Shown here: positions 60,682 through 64,000 of the stretch, piece after piece | Layout: each line of letters begins with the position of its first letter | Numbering within the stretch: the stretch's first letter is position 1 | Source: an uncultured delta proteobacterium | Lineage (GTDB): Bacteria; Desulfobacterota; Desulfarculia; JACQYL01; CAWGVV01 | Length of the DNA stretch: 64,000 nucleotides | Reading direction: 5' to 3' | Assembly: GCA_963826125.1 (NCBI GenBank) | Contig: CAWGVV010000002.1 | Span: forward strand, 137,305 to 201,304 | Program-made: the position numbers and the translations under genes | The notes under the pieces: generated by a model | What the model was told of the DNA's origin: nothing | Databases searched by the model: none | What the model saw: the letters and a program-made list of their open reading frames with translations, nothing else

Positions 60682-61359
60682 GTGTCCATGTGGGACTACT
60701 TCCGGGACGACAGGTTCCTTTTCCCCCTGCTCTTCACGGCCAAGATCGCCGTCATTACGACACTGCTGCACGTGGTCTTCGGTGTGCTGCTCGGCAAATA
60801 CCTGAGCGGAAAGCCTTCGCCGCTCCGTTCGGCGGTCGACCTGCTGATTACCCTTCCCCTGGTATTTCCGCCCATCGCCCTGGGGTTCCTCTTTCTTCTG
60901 ATCCTGGGAAAGGGAGGGCCCGTCGGCCTGCTGCTGTACCGCTTCCTGGACGTGCGCATCATTTTCACCGTGTGGGGGGTGATCATCGCGGCCTTTGTCG
61001 CCGGCCTGCCGCTGATCGTCAAACCCGTGCAGGCGGCCATTCGGAGCACCGCGCTCGGCCTGATGGAAGCATCCTACACCCTGGGCAAGTCCGAATGGCA
61101 AACGTTCTTCCACGTGGTGCTGCCGAGCATCAAACGGAACATCCTGGGCGGCCTTTCGCTGGCCTTCGGCCGGTCGTTGGGAGAAGTGGGACTTACGCTC
61201 ATGCTGGGTGGAAACATCGTGGGGAAAACCAACACGCTTTCCCTGGAGATTTACAACGCGGTGTTTTCGGGCGAGTTCGAAAGGGCCATGGTGCTGGCGG
61301 CGGTTCTGGGGGCGATTTCCGCCGTAATCTTCATTCTGTTCAAGAAATGGTCGGACTGA
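60682..61359 (+). CDS. modB: Molybdate ABC transporter permease
   Basis: TLPLVFPPIALG, EASYTLG, FGRSLGEVG and GGNIVGKTNT motifs. Confidence 0.92.
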   Translation: MSMWDYFRDDRFLFPLLFTAKIAVITTLLHVVFGVLLGKYLSGKPSPLRSAVDLLITLPLVFPPIALGFLFLLILGKGGPVGLLLYRFLDVRIIFTVWGVIIAAFVAGLPLIVKPVQAAIRSTALGLMEASYTLGKSEWQTFFHVVLPSIKRNILGGLSLAFGRSLGEVGLTLMLGGNIVGKTNTLSLEIYNAVFSGEFERAMVLAAVLGAISAVIFILFKKWSD

Positions 61360-61374
61360 CGCCTCGTCTTTCCG

Positions 61375-62184
61375 TCAACTATCCTTGCGAAAATCATCTT
61401 CGCTGACGGTCGCTTCCACGAGTTCCGAGCCCACTTCGACGAGCAGGGACCAGGCGGAAGCGGTGCGGCGCATCCGCACGACTTTCCCGGGAAGCACGCC
61501 GTCCGGGGACGCCAACGAGCGGCGGCGTGCGGGCCAGGACTTCAGAGGGGTCACTGTTCCCCCGGCGACCTGCAGGACCGAATCGGCCAATCGGCCGATT
61601 TCCTCCGGGTCGTGGGAAACCAGAAGAATGGTGAGGTTCAGCTCCTTGCGCAGCAGGAGGATTTCTCCCTGCAGTTTTTCCCGCATGGCCATGTCCAGGG
61701 CCGACAACGGTTCGTCCAGAAGGAGGATTTTCGGCCGTCTCACCAGCGCCCGGGCCAGAGCGACCCGTTGTTGCTGGCCGCCGGAGAGCCTGTCCGGGTA
61801 TCGGTCCTGAAGCTCCTCGAGTTCCACCATTTTGAGAAGCGTTTCGATACCGGGATCGTTACGGACCGGCGCGGCGTATTCCAGGTTCCTGCGCACGGTC
61901 ATGTTGGGGAACAGGGCGTAGTTCTGAAAAACGAAACCGATGCTGCGTTTCTGCGGGGGAAGGTCGATCATGGACCGGCCGTCGAACCAAACTTCACCGT
62001 CCACGCGAATCGTCCCATCGTCCGGGCGGTCCAATCCCGCCAGCAGACGCAGAATGGTCGTTTTCCCCGCGCCGGAGGGTCCGGACAATACGGCGATACC
62101 GTTCTTCTCGATGGTTGCGCGGACGTTCAGGTGGAAAATCCCTTCCGGCCCCATCAACTTCTTGCGAAAATCGAGTTCGATCAC
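61375..62184 (-). CDS. modC: Molybdate ABC transporter ATP-binding protein (opposite strand to modAB)
   Basis: GPSGAGKT, WFD..IDLPPQKRSIGFVFQ, LSGGQQQR, LDEP; short TOBE-like tail. Confidence 0.88.
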   Translation of the reverse strand: MIELDFRKKLMGPEGIFHLNVRATIEKNGIAVLSGPSGAGKTTILRLLAGLDRPDDGTIRVDGEVWFDGRSMIDLPPQKRSIGFVFQNYALFPNMTVRRNLEYAAPVRNDPGIETLLKMVELEELQDRYPDRLSGGQQQRVALARALVRRPKILLLDEPLSALDMAMREKLQGEILLLRKELNLTILLVSHDPEEIGRLADSVLQVAGGTVTPLKSWPARRRSLASPDGVLPGKVVRMRRTASAWSLLVEVGSELVEATVSEDDFRKDS

Positions 62185-62359
62185 GATCCATACCCTCCCG
62201 CTTCGGGAGTGTACAGGTTTTCCGTGAAAGGTGAAAGGGATTGACCCGCGCGTTCCCTTTCAATGGAGGGGCCGGCTTTCGCTTCAGGATTCGGAAGTCG
62301 TTGAAGTCCGCTTCCTTCATGGACGGAGAGGATGCGTATCCCGGAAAAAGACGGGTGGG

Positions 62360-63301
62360 CTATTTCCCCGCTCCGAAGGAAAGGGTCATTCCCGTGGTGC
62401 CGTAGGCGAAGCGATCCCGGAAAACGTTCAGCAATCGGTGCGTTGCCACGGCGCCGGTGCAATGCAGCGGGACCACCAGCCGAGGATCGTAGGACACGAG
62501 CGTTTCGACCACCTTGTCGAGCTGGGAACCATTTAAAAAATTGAAGTGAAAGCCGCCGATAACGGCCAGGAGCGGTTCTTCGGGAAACAAACGTCGCGCC
62601 GCCTCCAGCGTGTTGATCAAACCCGCATGACAGCAGCCGGTCAGCACGACCAGGCCCTGCCTCTCCACCGCGCAGAACAATGCGGTGTCGTCCTGAAAGT
62701 CATCGGGAACCGGGATGCCGTTCTCCACCCGCACCCCTGCCGCAAAGAGCGGTTCCAGGTCCGAGACCCGCGGAATGGTGCCGCTCGTCCTGACCCCTGG
62801 CCCCACCGGAACGGAAGCGTCGGTGGAGGTAATCCGTTCCGCGAGCAGTTTCCCCAGTTCCTCCTCGGGCAGCTGCCAGGTTGCCCCCAATTGGCCGTTG
62901 GGAAGGGTGATCCCCCGGGCACCGAACGCACGGGGATGAACCTTCAGGGGAGCGTGGAGTTCATTTTCACGCAGGAGGGGAACGAGTCCCCCGTAATGAT
63001 CGATGTGGCCGTGGCTCAGCACCAGGGTATCGACGGCCCGGGGATCGATGCCGAGCACCTCGAGATTTTTCCGCAGAACCAATCCGCCTCGCCCGAAATC
63101 ATAGAGGATACGGGTAGTTTCTCCCCGTTCGTCGACCGCTTCCACCGAGACCGAAAGCCCCTGCTCCGCCAGCAGTGTCGAATGCATGCCCGGCTTCGGG
63201 TATGCGATCCCTTCTCTGGCCGGGAGAAAGATGTCCACATTGTTGTCGACTACGATGGTGAGTTTCAGGCTGCGCGCCTTTGCGGAAAATTCCGTCAACA
63301 T
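62360..63301 (-). CDS. MBL-fold metallohydrolase (7,8-dihydropterin-related subfamily)
   Basis: VVDN, AEQGLS, LSHGHIDHYGG, DD, TGCCHAG, GGFH, PLHCTG; GGAGAGGA RBS supports ATG 63301. Confidence 0.88.
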   Translation of the reverse strand: MLTEFSAKARSLKLTIVVDNNVDIFLPAREGIAYPKPGMHSTLLAEQGLSVSVEAVDERGETTRILYDFGRGGLVLRKNLEVLGIDPRAVDTLVLSHGHIDHYGGLVPLLRENELHAPLKVHPRAFGARGITLPNGQLGATWQLPEEELGKLLAERITSTDASVPVGPGVRTSGTIPRVSDLEPLFAAGVRVENGIPVPDDFQDDTALFCAVERQGLVVLTGCCHAGLINTLEAARRLFPEEPLLAVIGGFHFNFLNGSQLDKVVETLVSYDPRLVVPLHCTGAVATHRLLNVFRDRFAYGTTGMTLSFGAGK

Positions 63302-63473
63302 CTTTTCCTTCTCCTCTCCGGAGAAATGCCGCTGAGGAAAGCCGGTCGCCCTTTTGTGCGGCAAGGACGGACCCGGAGCCATCGTCCCCCCGGAATCCCG
63401 GCGACGTTTGCGGTTCCGGGGTCCGGGGGGAAGAGCTGTTCAGCCACGATCAGGACGAAGAAGTGTCAACGCC

Positions 63474-64000
63474 CTATTTGGCCCACCCTTTTTCCTGATA
63501 AAACTTAAGGGCGCCCGGGTGAAAAGGAATGCCGATGAACTTGCCCATGTCTTCCTTCTTCCCCATGGTCATAGACTTCATCACCGTACCGTACCGCTCG
63601 AAGTTTTCTGCGATGGTCTTCACAATGGCGTAGGCCACATTGTCGGGCATGTCCGCCGAGCCGATCACCACCACGTTGGCCGCCACGCCCTGGGTGGGAT
63701 AATCCACCCCTTTGTAGGAACCCGCGGGCAGGGTATACGGTTCCAAGCCCTTGTGGTCCTTGATCACCTTGACGATGCTATCGGGGGGCATGGAGAGCAA
63801 TCGCACCTGTCGCTGGCTGTTGGCGCTGATGATGGGCGGGGCGGGGAAGGCCATGGCTCCGTAGAATATGCAGTCGATGTGACCGTCGGTCATCTGCTGT
63901 CCGGCTTCGTCAAAGCTGAGGTATTTGGTGTCGATGTCATCGAAAGTCATCCCGTAGGCTCCCAGCACATACTTCGACACCGTGGCGATGGCGCTGCCCT
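63474..64000 (-). CDS. TAXI family TRAP solute-binding protein (5' truncated by window edge)
   Basis: DGHIDCIFY, LPAGSYKG, AYAIVKTIAEN, and C-terminal IPFHPGALKFYQEKG. Confidence 0.9.
   Translation of the reverse strand, partial: GSAIATVSKYVLGAYGMTFDDIDTKYLSFDEAGQQMTDGHIDCIFYGAMAFPAPPIISANSQRQVRLLSMPPDSIVKVIKDHKGLEPYTLPAGSYKGVDYPTQGVAANVVVIGSADMPDNVAYAIVKTIAENFERYGTVMKSMTMGKKEDMGKFIGIPFHPGALKFYQEKGWAK

Overview
A GC-rich (about 60%) chromosomal window from an anaerobic Desulfobacterota/Syntrophobacterales-like bacterium; the taxonomy is inferred from gene content and is not proven. All calls come from motif recognition, and no database search was run. Gene order: partial hypE; three tandem dynamin-like GTPases; a bitopic membrane protein with a transposase-type HTH; MoxR/VWA; selB; TRAP dctPQM; a hybrid kinase; a FadH-like flavoenzyme; serA; sigma54-driven amtB-glnB-glnD; cupin, YajD-HNH, 3D and PIN-PhoH genes; a ferrosome(fez)-like cluster; a displaced gene fragment flanking a Cache gene; a sigma54 4-hydroxybutyrate operon with a readable enhancer/IHF/promoter layout; TauE-TIGR02186-CMK/BON; DUF488; a tautomerase; a riboswitch-controlled CobD-CobQ fusion; and a TaoR-like regulator with DUF364-modAB and an inverted modC. 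No rRNA, tRNA, CRISPR array or intact mobile element was seen. The best candidate for an undescribed system is 31.7-40.5 kb, a ferrosome-like organelle cluster. It has HMA2 and DUF5132 membrane proteins, a P1B ATPase with TGE changed to TGR, and a Ca2+-type P2A ATPase carrying the same HMA2 tag. That ATPase is translationally coupled to a MetK paralogue that has lost the methionine-binding residues but kept the ATP/triphosphate site. The upstream regions carry 11-bp-phased PhoB/PhoP-like boxes. The second candidate is the triple dynamin locus with the membrane-tethered HTH protein.
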